Source: Macrostomum lignano
Lineage: Eukaryota
NCBI GenBank assembly: GCA_002269645.1
Contig: NIVC01001585.1
Location: 201,421-265,420, forward strand
DNA length: 64,000 nt
Direction: 5' to 3'
Positions 1-13,625 of this stretch are shown one piece after another. Below the pieces are notes generated by a model. That model was not told where the DNA came from and searched no databases. It saw only the letters and a program-made list of their open reading frames with translations. The translations under genes and the position numbers were made by a program. Each line of letters opens with the position of its first letter. The stretch's first letter is position 1.

Positions 1-634
1 CTCAATGAATCTTGTTAGCCTGCTTCGTAATATTTATAATTTTTTGCCGGCTTCTTTAAAGAAAAAACCTGCATTACGTAATACCGCATAGTCTCGCATG
101 TTTTCTTAGAAAAGAAAACATCGCCCTGAGCCAACATTTGCGTTGCTATAAGCCGCCTTGTAGAGAAAGAAATTTGTGGATGGCTTTACTAGAGACAGAC
201 TCAGCGCTTTACCTTTGTAGCTCCTGAGGATATTATTTTGAAACGTGCTTTTCGAAAAGTTTTATTATATAAAATCGAGTCGAGAGCCCGACAGCTTTGA
301 CCCGACCCCCGCTGACCTCAGTTAAAACCCTTGGGGTCAATGCAATCATACGTACACTATAGCGCATTTGAGTCCGAGCACCTTGTCTAAGTCTATTCTA
401 CTCAAAGCCGCGGGTGGCCCATTTTTTACCTGTATTAGGTTACGTAATTGGTCTATTATTTAATTTATTCCGCTCGCTCAACTCGCGCCGCGAACACTGC
501 CTGCTCACTGTATGGTTGGGGCCATTTTATTTAGCCTTTTTTCAGAACAGATTTTTCATCTTTGTGCACACTAGCTAATTAATGAGTTACTTGCAATAGT
601 GTATATAGTTTATCTTGTAATTCTTTTATTTCAG

Positions 635-2223
635 TGCCAACAATTACTTCTTTGATTGTTCTGCTCCTAGTAGGCGTTGGCTGTTTCTTGCTGTTGCGCT
701 GGAGATACAATAAACGAGACAGGTTTGTTCAACTGCTTGCGCATGTAAACTGGAAGTCTAGTCTCAGGGAAAAATGAAAGAGGAGTGACAGTCTAGAGCA
801 GGAGTGACAGTCTTAGGGAGGAGTGACAGTTTGTGGCAGGAATGACAGTTTAGGGCAGGAGTGACAGTCTAGGGGAGGAGTGACAGTCTAGAGTAGGAGT
901 GACAGTCTTAAAGAGAATGGACAGTCTAGGGAAAGAGTGACAGTTTAAGGCGGGAGTGACAGTCTAGACCAGGAGTGAAAGCCTTAGAGAGGAGTGACAG
1001 TCTAGGGAAGGAGTGACAGTCTAGATGAAGAGCGACAGTCTAGATGAAGAGCGACAGTCTAGATGAAGAGCGACAGTCTAGGTGAAGAGCGACAGTCTAG
1101 ATGAAGAGCGACAGTCTAGATGAAGAGCGACAGTCTAGGTGAAGAGCGACAGTCTAGATGAAGAGTGACAGTCTAGGTGAAGAGTGACAGTCTAGGTGAA
1201 GAGTGACAGTCTATGTGAAGAGTGACAGTCTAGATGAAGAGCGACAGTCCTGGTGAAGAGTGACAGTCTAGGTGAAGAGTGACAGTCTAGGTGAAGAGTG
1301 ACAGTCTAGGTGAAGAGTGACAGTCTAGATGAAGAGTGACAGTCTAGATGAAGAGCGACAGTCCTGGTGAAGAGTGACAGTCTAGGTGAAGAGTGACAGT
1401 CTAGATGAAGAGCGACAGTCTAGGTGAAGAGTGACAGTCTAGGTGAAGAGTGACAGTCTAGGTGAAGAGTGACAGTCTAGGTGAAGAGTGACAGTCTAGG
1501 TGAAGAGTGACAGTCTAGATGAAGAGCGACAGTCCTGGTGAAGAGTGACAGTCTAGGTGAAGAGTGACAGTCTAGATGAAGAGCGACAGTCCTGGTGAAG
1601 AGTGACGGTCTAGGTGAAGAGTGACAGTCTAGGTGAAGAGTGACAGTCTAGGTGAAGAGTGACAGTCTAGGTGAAGAGTGACAGTCTAGGTGAAGAGTGA
1701 CAGTCTAGGTGAAGAGTGACAGTCTAGGTGAAGAGTGACAGTCTAGGTGAAGAGTGACAGTCTAGGTGAAGAGTGACAGCCTAGGTGAAGAGTGACAGTC
1801 TAGACCAGGAGTGACAGTCTGACTATGGACACCTGTTATCCCTATTGCTCTTTCACCCTCCCTCCCGGCAGGAAGCTTCACAGGCGGTCGCTGGTGATGG
1901 AGGCCCTGGTGCACGAGCAGCGCTGGCAACTGCAGAGACTCCGCTGCTCCCTGACTCTTCCCCCGACTCCCCAGCCTCAGAGCTGTCTGCTATTCTCGCC
2001 GAGCTCCGCGACTAATCAATCGTCTAGTCTGGAGACCTATCTACAGCCGTCGTGTATCGACGGCGCGTCTCAAGTCGGCGGCGCCACCAGCGGCGCCAAC
2101 GGCGGCGCCAGCAGCAGCGGTGTGGGATCCTACTATTTCACAATGAGCGGCGCTCCAATCTATGAGAGCCTAGTTGATTTGACTACGATTGATAATGAGG
2201 ATTTTCAAGCAAGTAAAGAATGA
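635..2223 (+). CDS. 3' end (last two exons) of a single-pass transmembrane protein
   Basis: Exon 635-722 (tttcAG acceptor, GTttgt donor) encodes PTITSLIVLLLVGVGCFLLLRWRYNKRD, a TM helix followed by a basic stop-transfer stretch. It joins in phase 2 to exon 1872-2223 (ggcAG acceptor; RKLHRRSLVMEALV...SYYFTMSGAPIYESLVDL...ASKE-stop). The 5' part of the gene lies outside the window. Confidence 0.7.
781..1820. repeat. 19-bp minisatellite (GTGAAGAGTGACAGTCTAG) filling the intron
   Basis: Period 19 is visible; copies are degenerate at the 5' edge and homogeneous inside. Confidence 0.95.
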
Positions 2224-2402
2224 TGATATTGACCAGTTCTGATTTGCAGCTTAATGTTTCTGCTCAATAATGGTGCTTATAATGAATTTGGCTATTTACA
2301 CTACTGTTAGTACTATTTACAGTATATTGTGAACAATCTAATGCATTCCTATTCTAATAGTTTGTTTGTTGCTCGTAAGCCTAAAAATACAATCTATTGC
2401 AA

Positions 2403-3080
2403 ACCGATTCAAACCCTGACACCCCATTTAAGACCCTGACACCCCATTTAAGACCCTGACACCCGATTTAAGACCCTGACACCCGATTTCAAATCCTGAC
2501 ACCCGATTTAAGGCCATGACCCCCCAATTAAGACCCTGACACCCGATTTAGGACCCTGACACCCGATTAAAGACCCTGACACCCGATGTAAGACCCTGAC
2601 ACTCGATTAAAGACCCTGACACCCGATTTAAGACCCTGACACCCGATTTAGGACCCTGACACCCGATTTAAGACCCTGACACCCGATTTAAGACCCTGAC
2701 ACCCGATTTAAGACCCTGACACCCGATGTAAGACCCTGACACCCGATTTAAGACCCTGACACCCTATTCAAGACCCTGACACCCGATTTAAGACCCTGAC
2801 ACCCGATTTAAGACCCTGACACCCGATGTAAGACCCTGACACCCGATTTAAGACCCTGACACCCTATTCAAGACCCTGACACCCGATTTAAGACCCTGAC
2901 ACCTGATTCAAGACCCTGACACCCGATTCGAGACCCTGACACCCGATTTAAGACCCTGAAACCCTATTCAATACCCTGACACCTTATTCAAGACCCTGAC
3001 ACCCGATTTAAGACCCTGAAACCCTATTCAAGACCCTGACACCCGATTTAAGACCCTGACACCGATTTAAGACCCTGAAA
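2403..3080. repeat. 20-bp minisatellite (AGACCCTGACACCCGATTTA)
   Basis: Units align vertically in the 60-nt lines. Confidence 0.95.
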
Positions 3081-4009
3081 ACTTGATTTCTTATTCATTT
3101 AAATCAAGAAGCTGTTAAATAGCATCAAGTTTTCAATGTTTGCGCCAATTAATCCCTGCCTTAAAAGTGCCTAACATACCCGTTTGTTGAACTTTTCTTA
3201 CAAATCTCTATCACACTACTGCTATTCCCAATTAGAGCAGTAGTGCAATTTGCTTGTCGCACTAAAAATACTCGAAGTTGTAAATAAAATTTTAAGAGTC
3301 AATTTTTGATGCACCCAGTCCGCAACCCGAACTCAACACAGAGTTTCAGCTTTAGCAAGAATCCCTTTCTCTCCCGAAATGAGTGGGCGAACCCAGTTTT
3401 AATTGTCAGGTTTCGCAGAAAAAAAATCTCCTCACTAATTTGGCAAATCTGCGCCGTTAAAACAGGGCCACAGAATTTTTAGCTACAAATTTGACGCAGC
3501 TTTTAGTTAATTATGCCAACTATTTAGAAGATTTGCCGCCGCCTTCAAACTTGCTGTCTCTTTAGCTCTGCCATAGGCGAAAACGAATTGCATCGGTAAT
3601 TGCGAAGTTTTAATTGATCGCGGCTTCTAAATTGCAGACAAAAGAGACTTTTCCAGCCTTTCAGCGGCTGCTTGGCATCAGCTGAAGACTCTGTGCGGGG
3701 GCAGAAATTTGAATTCTCTCTTTTTTTTCTGATCTAACTTTTTCTGCCAGCGCTTTAACAAAAACTCTAATAATGCGCCATTTGTTTGTAAAGAAAAAAT
3801 GCAGTCCAGGGTGAAATTTTTAGCGCCTGATTGGGGATTCAAATTTGCAACAAAGTGCTTGTGCAAATAGATGGCTGAATAGATGCTAGTCAAATTCGTT
3901 ATCATGGACTTCTGAATGGATTCTGGACTGGCGTTCTGGAAGACTCGTGGAATACAAGAGCATTTCTCTGATTTTCGCTGACATGAAAGTGATTAAAGTT
4001 AAGCTTAAG

Positions 4010-4362
4010 TCCTAAGCTAAGCTCTAAGCTAAGCGTCATGCACCCAAGAGCTAAGCGCCATGCACCCAAAAGCTAAGCGCCATACACCCAAGAGCTAAGC
4101 GCCATGCACCCAAGAGCTAAGCGCCATGCACCCAAGAGCTAAGCGCCATGCACCCAAGAGCTAAGCGCCATGCACCCATAAGCTAAGCGCCACTCAGAGC
4201 TAAGCGCCATTAAAGCTAAGCGCCATTAAAGCTAAGCGCCATTAAAGCTAAGCGCCACTCAGAGCTAAGCGCCACTCAGAGCTAAGCGCCATTAAAGCTA
4301 AGCATCACTCCGAGCTAAGCGTCACTCCGAGCTAAGCGCCACTCAGAGCTAAGCGCCATGCA
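4010..4362. repeat. Compound 22/16/17-bp minisatellite, core GCTAAGCGCCA
   Basis: GAGCTAAGCGCCATGCACCCAA units grade into AAGCTAAGCGCCATT and GAGCTAAGCGCCACTCA units. Confidence 0.9.
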
Positions 4363-5403
4363 CCAAGCGCCGCCCAATCGATCTAAAGTCAGCTGCCTCT
4401 GTAACGCCTCATTATCGTAATCGTGGCACTTCGAGTCCAAACGTAAAAATTTATAGCAATTTTCAGTCCAATTGTCACCTGCAGCAGTCCTTGGCCAGAG
4501 TCCATAGCAAGCCAAGCCCCAGACCATTAAAACACTGCAGGCTAAAATTTCGATTGGCAGTAAAAAATGAGTTCGCCCGCTGAAGAAAATTCTTTTGTTG
4601 CAGAAGAGAATGGCACGGATTCCAAAAGTCGCTGAAAACCGGCCCCCTTAAGAGGCAACTCTTTTTGCAAATCAATGTCTACAATGTGCCAAAAACTGGC
4701 AATATAAAGGGGCTGCACAACTGCTTTCGCTGAAATGCTGATTAAGCGTCTATAAAATGCATTTGCTTGGCTAAAAACTAAAAGACTCATAGGACTCAAT
4801 TGACAATATTAAGTGGACAAAGGGTGGGGTAGAGAATGCCAATGAGAGAGAGAGTGAGTAAAAATGAGTTTGCTAGCTAATGGGGGAGAGTTGAAAAACG
4901 TTTCAATAGCCTCTCATCTGTCTATTTGGCAGTTCCACCCCCGCGGGTTCCCAGAAATGCCACCATTGTCTGTCTCTATCCAGCTTTTTATCGCGATGCT
5001 GGGAGACAAAGAAGTTAAATATTTCTTCAGAACTGCAGTCTGCTGCATTGGCCCACAGAAGGGATATCATCTTCTGCTAACTTTCTTCTAGAAGAGCAGA
5101 AACAATGCTGTAGGGGCCTCATAGACTGTATTTCCTATTCTAAGTCAAGTGCCTGTATTCGGGACTCAGTTTAATGCTTCAGTGCTTGAGAATTTTTCGA
5201 CTACATGTAGCTTGTCAAATAAGGCTGCTGTGATTGACACAATAATATCTCAGAACTCTTTACTTTGCTAGACAATTAAGGCCCAAGTCTTCAGGTGCCT
5301 TGATCCACCAATCCCAGATCCCACGGTTCTCTAGTATGAAATTTTACGATCCACTAATCCCAGATTCAAATATTCGCTGATCTCAGATCCCATCCTCAAA
5401 TTT

Positions 5404-6050
5404 CAGATCTCAAATCCCAGATCTCAAATCCCAGATCTCAAATCCCAGATCTCAAATCCCAGATCTCAAATCCCAGATCTCAAATCCCAGATCTCAAATC
5501 CCAGATCTCAAATCCCAGATCTCAAATCCCAGATCTCAAATCCCAGATCTCAAATCCCAGATCTCAAATCCCAGATCTCAAATCCCAGATCTCAAATCCC
5601 AGATCTCAAATCCCAGATCTCAAATCCCAGATCTCAAATCCCAGATCTCAAATCCCAGATCTCAAATCCCAGATCTCAAATCCCAGATCTCAAATCCCAG
5701 ATCTCAAATCCCAGATCTCAAATCCCAGATCTCAAATCCCAGATCTCAAATCCCAGATCTCAAATCCCAGATCTCAAATCCCAGATCTCAAATCCCAGAT
5801 CTCAAATCCCAGATCTCAAATCCCAGATCTCAAATCCCAGATCTCAAATCCCAGATCTCAAATCCCAGATCTCAAATCCCAGATCTCAAATCCCAGATCT
5901 CAAATCCCAGATCTCAAATCCCAGATCTCAAATCCCAGATCTCAAATCCCAGATCTCAAATCCCAGATCTCAAATCCCAGATCTCAAATCCCAGATCTCA
6001 AGTACCAGATCTCAAATCCCAGATCTCAAGTACCAGATCTCAAATCCTAG
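5404..6050. repeat. 14-bp minisatellite (CTCAAATCCCAGAT)
   Basis: Near-perfect period-14 array. Confidence 0.97.
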
Positions 6051-7335
6051 AACTCATTATCCCAAATTTCTCATCCTACTAATCCCAGATCCTCACGGTA
6101 CCAGACAACGGATCCCATATCCAACGATCCTATGATCCCAGATTCTTAACTTCCCTTATATCAGATCCTAGATTTTAAGTTCCATATCCCAGATCTGAAT
6201 CCCGGATCCTGCAATCCCAAATCAATAGTTGGCAATTGCGCTGCAGCGCCAGAAGAAGTCCAGCAGCAGCAGCAGATTTCTTCTTCACACCCGAACGCGA
6301 TGGCTTCCCCAGTTTTTTCCATCGCAGCGGGTCCGTCTGCTTGAAGCTTTTTTGCAAACTCTGCAGCCCCTGCAGGACTGACAGAGTGAAAGGCAGATTC
6401 AAGCGCTGGATTCTCCGCTTTCGCTTCCTTGTTTTTCCATTCAGGAAAAATAGTGGGGAGGAGGGGACGCGGAAGAAGGATGAAGTTGTGAAACTGCAGG
6501 CTCCCCCCCAGACAGACTGGCGCCAGAGCTCTAAACACACACACACACACACAGTCTGGCCCTGCCCCCCAGCATCCCCTCTCCGTCATCATCATTTCTC
6601 TCTCTCCTTCATCAACAACGTGCCATGCCAGACTGGGACACAGCTTCACGGGGGAGCTGGCGAGTTAGGGAAGGAGGGGGGCGCGTGTGTTGCAAACGAA
6701 GTGGCCATTTTTAACGCATTACTACGAGCCAGCTTCACTCTTACACCTATTTTTTCTGCCCCACTCACTGTTGTGGCCCGCTCTAATTGACACACGGGGA
6801 GGGGGGCTATAGGGCATCATCACAGTTTTTGCGAAGCGTTAAACATTAATGTTTGATAGGTGGCGGCCGGCCTGCATTCTGCAGTCGCTCATCAGAGACC
6901 CCCCTGCCAAGTTTTGTCCGCTCCTTCAAATGGCCAGGCCAGGCACAAAGAAGGCAGCAAAGACGCACACAAAAAGTTGTCCCAGCATCAACACAGCTAG
7001 GATTTGCTTGGAGAGGAGCCTACCGTGGAATCGTCATTTTTCCTGTCATCAAGGCCTAAACATTAAAATACTGCGCAGAGGTGTCAAACTCCGACATCAT
7101 CGTGTGTGGTCTACCGGCCACCCTCCCACCAGCTCCAGATGTGTACAGCATTAAGACGCCCACTGTGTGACATCTTTGAGTGGACAAGAAATTTTTGAGT
7201 TTGGCCTGTCCGAATGCCAACTGACTGGATGGGATAATTGTCCCACACGCGCTGTGAATGCGTAATCGAGAGGAGGGGGGAGCGGGAGAGGCATTGCGGA
7301 TGAAGATTATATGGAGTTTGGATCTTGGATCTCGG

Positions 7336-7983
7336 TTCTCTAATCCCAGGATCCCACTGTTCTCTAATCCCAGATCCCACTGCTCTCTAATCCCAGATCC
7401 CACTGCTCTCTAATTCCAGGATCACACTGTTCTCTAATCCCAGATCCCACGGTTCTCTAATCCCAGATTCCACTGTTCTCTAATCCCAGATCCCACTGTT
7501 CTCTAATCCCAGATCCGACTGTTCTCTAATCCCAGGATCCCACTGTTCTCTAATCCCAGGATCCCACTGTTCTCTAATCCCAGGATCCCACTGTTCTCTA
7601 ATCCCAGGATCCCACTGTTCTCTAATCCCAGGATCCCACTGTTCTCTAATCCCAGGATCCCACTGTTCTCTAATCCCAGATCCCACTGTTCTCTAATCTT
7701 AGATCCCACTGTTCTCTAATCCCACATCCCATGGTTCTATAATCTCAGGATCCCACTGTTCTCTAATCCCAGGATCCCACTGTTCTCTAATCCTAGATCC
7801 CACTGTTCTCTAATCCCAGGATCCCACTGTTCTCTAATCCCAGGATCCCACTGTTCTCTAATCCTAGATCCCACTGTTCTCTAATCCCAGGATCCCACTG
7901 TTCTCTAATCCCAGATCCCACTGTTCTCTAATCCTAGATCCCACTGTTCTCTAATCCCAGGATCCCACTGTTCTCTAATCCCA
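7336..7983. repeat. 23/24-bp minisatellite (TCTCTAATCCCAG[G]ATCCCACTGT)
   Basis: Tandem units; source of the spurious GIREQWDP ORFs. Confidence 0.95.
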
Positions 7984-8025
7984 TATATTGTCATTGGGAA
8001 TCGGGTCTGTAGAAAATGGGATTTG

Positions 8026-8165
8026 GGATTGTGGGATTTCGGATTTTGGGGATTTCGGATTTTGGGGATTTCGGATTTTGGGGATTTCGGATTTTGGGGA
8101 TTTGAGATTTTGGGGATTTGGGATTTTGTGATTTGGAATTGTGTGATTTGGGACTGTGTGATTTG
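8026..8165. repeat. 16-bp G/T-rich repeat (GGATTTTGGGGATTTC) with degenerate tail
   Basis: Period 16 over about 8036-8105. Confidence 0.8.
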
Positions 8166-9215
8166 GGACTGTAGTTTTTGGATGCTGAAGAACATGTGGA
8201 ATCATGTGATCTTGAATCTGGGTGGGATCTGGGATCTCGCGGGATCTGATATCTCGTAGAATATTTTAACCTGTGACAATTTGTGCTAAAAAGGTATACA
8301 ATCTAGAAGTATGAAGGAGGCGCAGCATCTCATGAATTTTTGTTAAGTCAGTTCTGTCTTACCAAATCAAGATGACTGCAAAAGACCTTGGATACAGCGC
8401 TGTCCTCAATGGTGTGTAAGGTGTCCAATATCCAGGTATGAGTCACCTATCTTGCTCTTATCCTGTTTTTACGCCTGTCAACTCAACCTTGTTTAGTCAA
8501 CAATGAAGCTGATAATAATATTCGTATTCACGTCAAATCAATTTGCTTTGAGCAATTTCAACAAACAAATAGACTGGTTTGGCGATACTATCCATAACTA
8601 AAGTGATTAAAGAGATTTAAAGACCGCATAAAGGACTGAATTCTTCAAGCAAGGGGCACATCCCAATGTTGTGTCACCATTGCGCAAAACTTCTAATAAC
8701 AAGCACAGCCAGACCGACAAAGACCCTCTTCTAATATTACCCTAACTAGTTTCGAACTATAATAAAGACCCTTGAAAACTCCACTCTTGTAAGGCTTTTG
8801 TGCAAACAATGTCCTGTGTCGGTGTTTTTGAAACATCTTTTTCACACTTTGTGTTTTAGTGCGTTGCAAGCTGACTGTTTGTGTAAATAATATCGCCCTT
8901 CAATCCTGGGTTTCCTATATCAAATTCATCCCAGTTATAATATAGATAAAGTGTTGAATCTGCATATAACAGTCATGCATTTATCATTGTAGGAAATCAC
9001 AGTTAGCATATTGTTAGCCTATAGGTGCATGGGGTCGCATAACTTGGCAGTTCTTGTCTATATAGTTGTAATTTAGCATTTTATTCTAATTAAACATAAT
9101 TTAGTATGTGGCGTATGCGCGCGTGCGTGTTTAACATTTTATTTAACTTTTTATGGTATTTTAAACACCGTGACACTACCTTGGAATTGCTAGTGAGTGA
9201 TTTATGTGAATAATG

Positions 9216-10618
9216 TCTGAGAGATCTGGGATCTATCTGAGAGATCTGGGATCTATCTGAGAGATCTGGGATCTATCTGAGAGATCTGGGATCTATCTGA
9301 GAGATCTGGGATCTATCTGAGAGATCTGGGATCTATCTGAGAGATCTGGGATCTATCTGAGAGATCTGGGATCTATCTGAGAGATCTGGGATCTATCTGA
9401 GAGATCTGGGATCTATCTGAGAGATCTGGGATCTGAGAGATCTGGGATCTGAGAGATCTGGGATCTGAGAGATCTGGGATCTGAGAGATCTGGGATCTAT
9501 CTATGAGATCTGGAATCTGAGAGATCTGGGATCTATCTATGAGATCTGGGATCTATCTGAGAGATCTGGGATCTATCTGAGAGATCTGGGATCTATCTGA
9601 GAGATCTGGGATCTATCTGAGAGATCTGGGATCTATCTGAGAGATCTGGGATCTATCTGAGAGATCTGGGATCTGAGAGATCTGGGATCTGAGAGATCTG
9701 GGATCTGAGAGATCTGGGATCTGAGAGATCTGGGATCTGAGAGATCTGGGATCTATCTATGAGATCTGGAATCTGAGAGATCTGGGATCTATCTATGAGA
9801 TCTGGAATCTGAGAGATCTGGGATCTATCTATGAGATCTGGAATCTGAGAGATCTGGGATCTGAGAGATCTGGGATCTGAGAGATCTGGGATCTGAGAGA
9901 TCTGGGATCTGAGAGATCTGGGATCTGAGAGATCTGGGATCTGAGAGATCTGGGATCTGAGAGATCTGGGATCTGAGAGATCTGGGATCTGAGAGATCTG
10001 GGATCTGAGAGATCTGGGATCTGAGAGATCTGGGATCTGAGAGATCTGGGATCTGAGAGATCTGGGATCTGAGAGATCTGGGATCTGAGAGATCTGGGAT
10101 CTGAGAGATCTGGGATCTGAGAGATCTGGGATCTGAGAGATCTGGGATCTGAGAGATCTGGGATCTGAGAGATCTGGGATCTGAGAGATCTGGGATCTGA
10201 GAGATCTGGGATCTGAGAGATCTGGGATCTGAGAGATCTGGGATCTGAGAGATCTGGGATCTGAGAGATCTGGGATCTGAGAGATCTGGGATCTGAGAGA
10301 TCTGGGATCTGAGAGATCTGGGATCTGAGAGATCTGGGATCTGAGAGATCTGGAATCTGAGAGATCTGGGATCTGAGAGATCTGGGATCTGAGAGATCTG
10401 GGATCTGAGAGATCTGGGATCTGAGAGATCTGGGATCTGAGAGATCTGGGATCTGAGAGATCTGGGATCTGAGAGATCTGGGATCTGAGAGATCTGGGAT
10501 CTGAGAGATCTGGGATCTGAGAGATCTGGGATCTGAGAGATCTGGAATCTGAGAGATCTGGGATCTGAGAGATCTGGGATCTGAGAGATCTGGGACCTGA
10601 GAGATCTGGGACCTGAGA
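9216..10618. repeat. 16/20-bp minisatellite (GAGAGATCTGGGATCT[ATCT])
   Basis: Long homogeneous array with blocks of 20-bp and 16-bp units; source of the spurious 322-aa ORF. Confidence 0.97.
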
Positions 10619-11454
10619 CAATTATAAATCTTTCAGTTATCAGGAAATTCTCGCTAACATTGACTATAAACTGTCTATTTCATCAGTAAACATATTTTCA
10701 GCAAATTACCACAGCAATGCAGATAAATAGATGTGAAATAATGTCAAACTCGCAATAGAAATGACAATTTTCCCAATTGTCCCCCCCCCTCGCGTCCTCA
10801 GTTCTCTGACAAATCTGACAAATTGGTATTTGCCACCTGCACCCGAGCCTAATAGCAACATTTCCCCTGCAACTGCAAAATGTTGGCAAACAGTTGCTGG
10901 AACAAATCAAACACGGAATTGTATTGCCACTTTCAGTTCATAATGTAAGCATTTCTGCTGCAGGCAAACAATGTAAGTCTCTACATAACAAAGTGCCAAT
11001 CTAATTCTTTCTCTTCTGCGTTGGCACGCCTCGGCACAAATGCACTGTTTATTTGCTCAGTCCGTAGCTGACAGCTGAGTGAGTATTCGGGCACTGAGCG
11101 AATTCAACCGATTGTGACACCTTCTTAAATGTAATATCTCTTCAAACCATTTGCGGTATATTTATGAAGCAAATATTCTGAATACTTGACTGCTTCTGAT
11201 ATGCCCAGCTGCTGGCACGTGGAACAGCCACAGATATGTAGTGTCCTGGATACAACTTATATTTCAATACTTTCTGCTTCAAGTCATTCATGACTACAAG
11301 TGAGCGGTCTGTGTTGTGTTTGACCAGGCCGCTGACACATATTGAAGTCTGCAGTTTGCCCGCATGCACACATGTGAAACAGTTGGAGGAAAAGTCAGTG
11401 CACAGGTTTAACACGAGTGCTACAAGTACTTTTTATCCAATGCAGTCTCATCTC

Positions 11455-11915
11455 ACTCTCACTCTCTCTCCGTCTCACTCTCTCTGACCCAATCTCACTC
11501 TCTCTCTGATCGAGTCTCACTCTCTCTGACCCAATCTCACTCTCTCTGACCCAATCTCACTCTCTCTGATCGAGTCTCACTCTCTCTGACCCAATCTCAC
11601 TCTCTCTGACCCAATCTCACTCTCCGTCTCACTCTCTCTGACCCAATCTCACTCTCTCTGACCCAATCTTATTATCCGTCTCACTCTCTCTGACCCAATC
11701 TCACTCTCCGTCTCACTCTCTCTGACCCAATCTCACTCTCCGTCTCACTCTCTCTGACCCAATCTCACTCTCCGTCTCATTCTCTCTGACCCAATCTCAC
11801 TCTCCGTCTCATTCTCTCTGACCCGATCTCACTCTCTCTGACCCAATCTCATTCTCTCTGACCCAATCTCATTCTCTCTGACCCGATCTCACTCTCTCTG
11901 ACCCAATCTCACTCT
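11455..11915. repeat. 20-bp CT-rich minisatellite (CTCTCTCTGACCCAATCTCA)
   Basis: Tandem units plus longer variants. Confidence 0.9.
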
Positions 11916-13084
11916 GCGCCTGTTTCTCCTGAAGTTAATGCTCCCATCAAAACCATAAATGATAAATCAGTTGGTGTCTCCAGTATTTATGCACTGCAAC
12001 TTCTTACAAGAACTCAAATCCCCTTTACACAATTCGTTACCCACAACATGCACAACTCAAACTAAAAGCTTGATGAAGCATGAAGTGAACTCGACAGCTG
12101 CTCCAATGCGGTTATCTCTGCACCATAACTCACACAAACTCTGAATCTTGAGTTTGTCTGCAAGTATATAATATACGAGCGCGCACTGCAAACATATTGA
12201 AACAGCTTTCTGGGAAATCAATGTAAGATTTATGTCTATATAATGCGAGTTGTATATGACTTCTATAAGACTAAATATCTTATCAATGAAGTTACTTTCT
12301 TCAAGGACAACTCCAAAATTCTTAGGGCTTTAGCTAAAGGCTAGTAACTAATTGCAATAGAGATTCGAAATCTTTATATTTAGGAGACGTATGTCCCGGC
12401 TATCTAACAAATATTGTTGATAAAATATGGATATTTCGCCACAACACAATACGCAGTTTCCTATGGCCTACCAACACTGTATTTGCACAATCTGCCTACC
12501 AGAGCTCCTGTGTGGATCTACTTATCCAAAGGATAATAAAATTCCCCTAAAGCTTACACACGAGCCTATTATAGGAATAACTACCTATCCCCAACATCCC
12601 CAAAATGAAATATGTTTGCAATCAAATCAAAGCGATTTCAATAATTCGGTTGGGATATTTACGGGCTCGGTCGGGCCTTCTGCGCAGATTCCCACCAACC
12701 GGGGGGCGCGGGGGCTCTAAATCTGCATAAAGGTTTGTTGGTTTAAATTTGGTTGCTAAGCGGGATAGCAACGCTTATTGATAAATGCCGGCTAAATCTA
12801 AAAACACCTTTGGGTGAAAAGCAAATCCTGTGTGCAACGCCTTCGCAAGTCTTTGAATTTCGGATATAAACATAGCTGCAGCCTGCAGGCTCTTTCGTGG
12901 GCACAGATTGTGGACTTAAAATTTCTGGGATTTATAATTTCTCATAATAAGTAAACAAAAACAGAAAGCATAGTTAAGCTGTCTGTATCCATAGGCATTT
13001 TATGCGTGTGCTACGAACGAAAATCCGCCGCACGCGGATACCAGGGGTCGCGACTCGTGTGGCGAGAGTGACTGTTTGCCGCTG

Positions 13085-13625
13085 AGCACCGCTCATAGAC
13101 AGCACCGCTCATAGACAGCACCGCTCATAGACAGCACCGCTCATAGACAGCACCGCTCATACACAGCACCGCTCATAGACAGCACCGCTCATAGACAGCA
13201 CCACTCATAGACAGCACCGCTCATAGACAGCACCGCTCATACACAGCACCGCTCATAGACAGCACCGCTCATACGCAGCACCGCTCATACACAGCACCGC
13301 TCATAGACAGCACCGCTCATAGACAGCACCACTCATAGACAGCACCGCTCATAGACAGCACCGCTCATACACAGCACCGCTCATAGACAGCACCGCTCAT
13401 ACGCAGCACCGCTCATACACAGCACCGCTCATAGACAGCACCGCTCATAGACAGCACCGCTCATAGACAGTACCGCTCATAGACAGCATTACTCATAGAC
13501 AGCACCGCTCATAGACAGCACCGCTCATAGACAGCACCGCTCATAGACAGCGCCGCTCATAAACAGCACCGCTCATACATAGCATCACTCATAGACACAG
13601 TCACTCAGAGACACAATCGCTCATA
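13085..13625 (+). repeat. 16-bp minisatellite (AGACAGCACCGCTCAT)
   Basis: Period 16; its reverse complement occurs at 27738-28010 and 28778-29125. Confidence 0.95.

Noticed and set aside
222-250. Hammerhead-like CTGAGGA...GAAACG
   Set aside because: Helix II (TATTATTTT) cannot pair and there is no UH cleavage site or helix I.
3680-3720. Hammerhead-like CTGAAGA...GAAA
   Set aside because: The closing pair of helix II mismatches and helix I is only 2 bp; consistent with chance.
4315-4800. LINE-like peptides on the minus strand (DFWNP...NGLGLGLL)
   Set aside because: Only vague resemblance to the FLW/GGLGL motifs, spread over different frames; needs tBLASTn.
6161-6790. Overlapping ORFs on both strands (162 and 184 aa)
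   Set aside because: No recognisable domain, splice context or coherent coding frame; treated as non-coding.
9653-10621. Long ORFs in the track (e.g. 9653-10621, 14483-15388, 21779-22582, 26352-27224, 34867-35564, 29838-30914)
   Set aside because: They are translations of stop-free tandem repeats, in several frames and strands at once, mostly within introns.
11142-11414. Polinton packaging-ATPase-like peptide (SLVVMNDL...HYISV)
   Set aside because: No Walker A motif, Walker B is not DD, and there are no other Polinton genes.
12753-12773. RFX X-box-like palindrome GTTGCTA-N7-TAGCAAC (also partial matches at 25141 and 41652)
   Set aside because: The spacer is too long or a half-site is poor, and none lies at the CFAP70 promoter.
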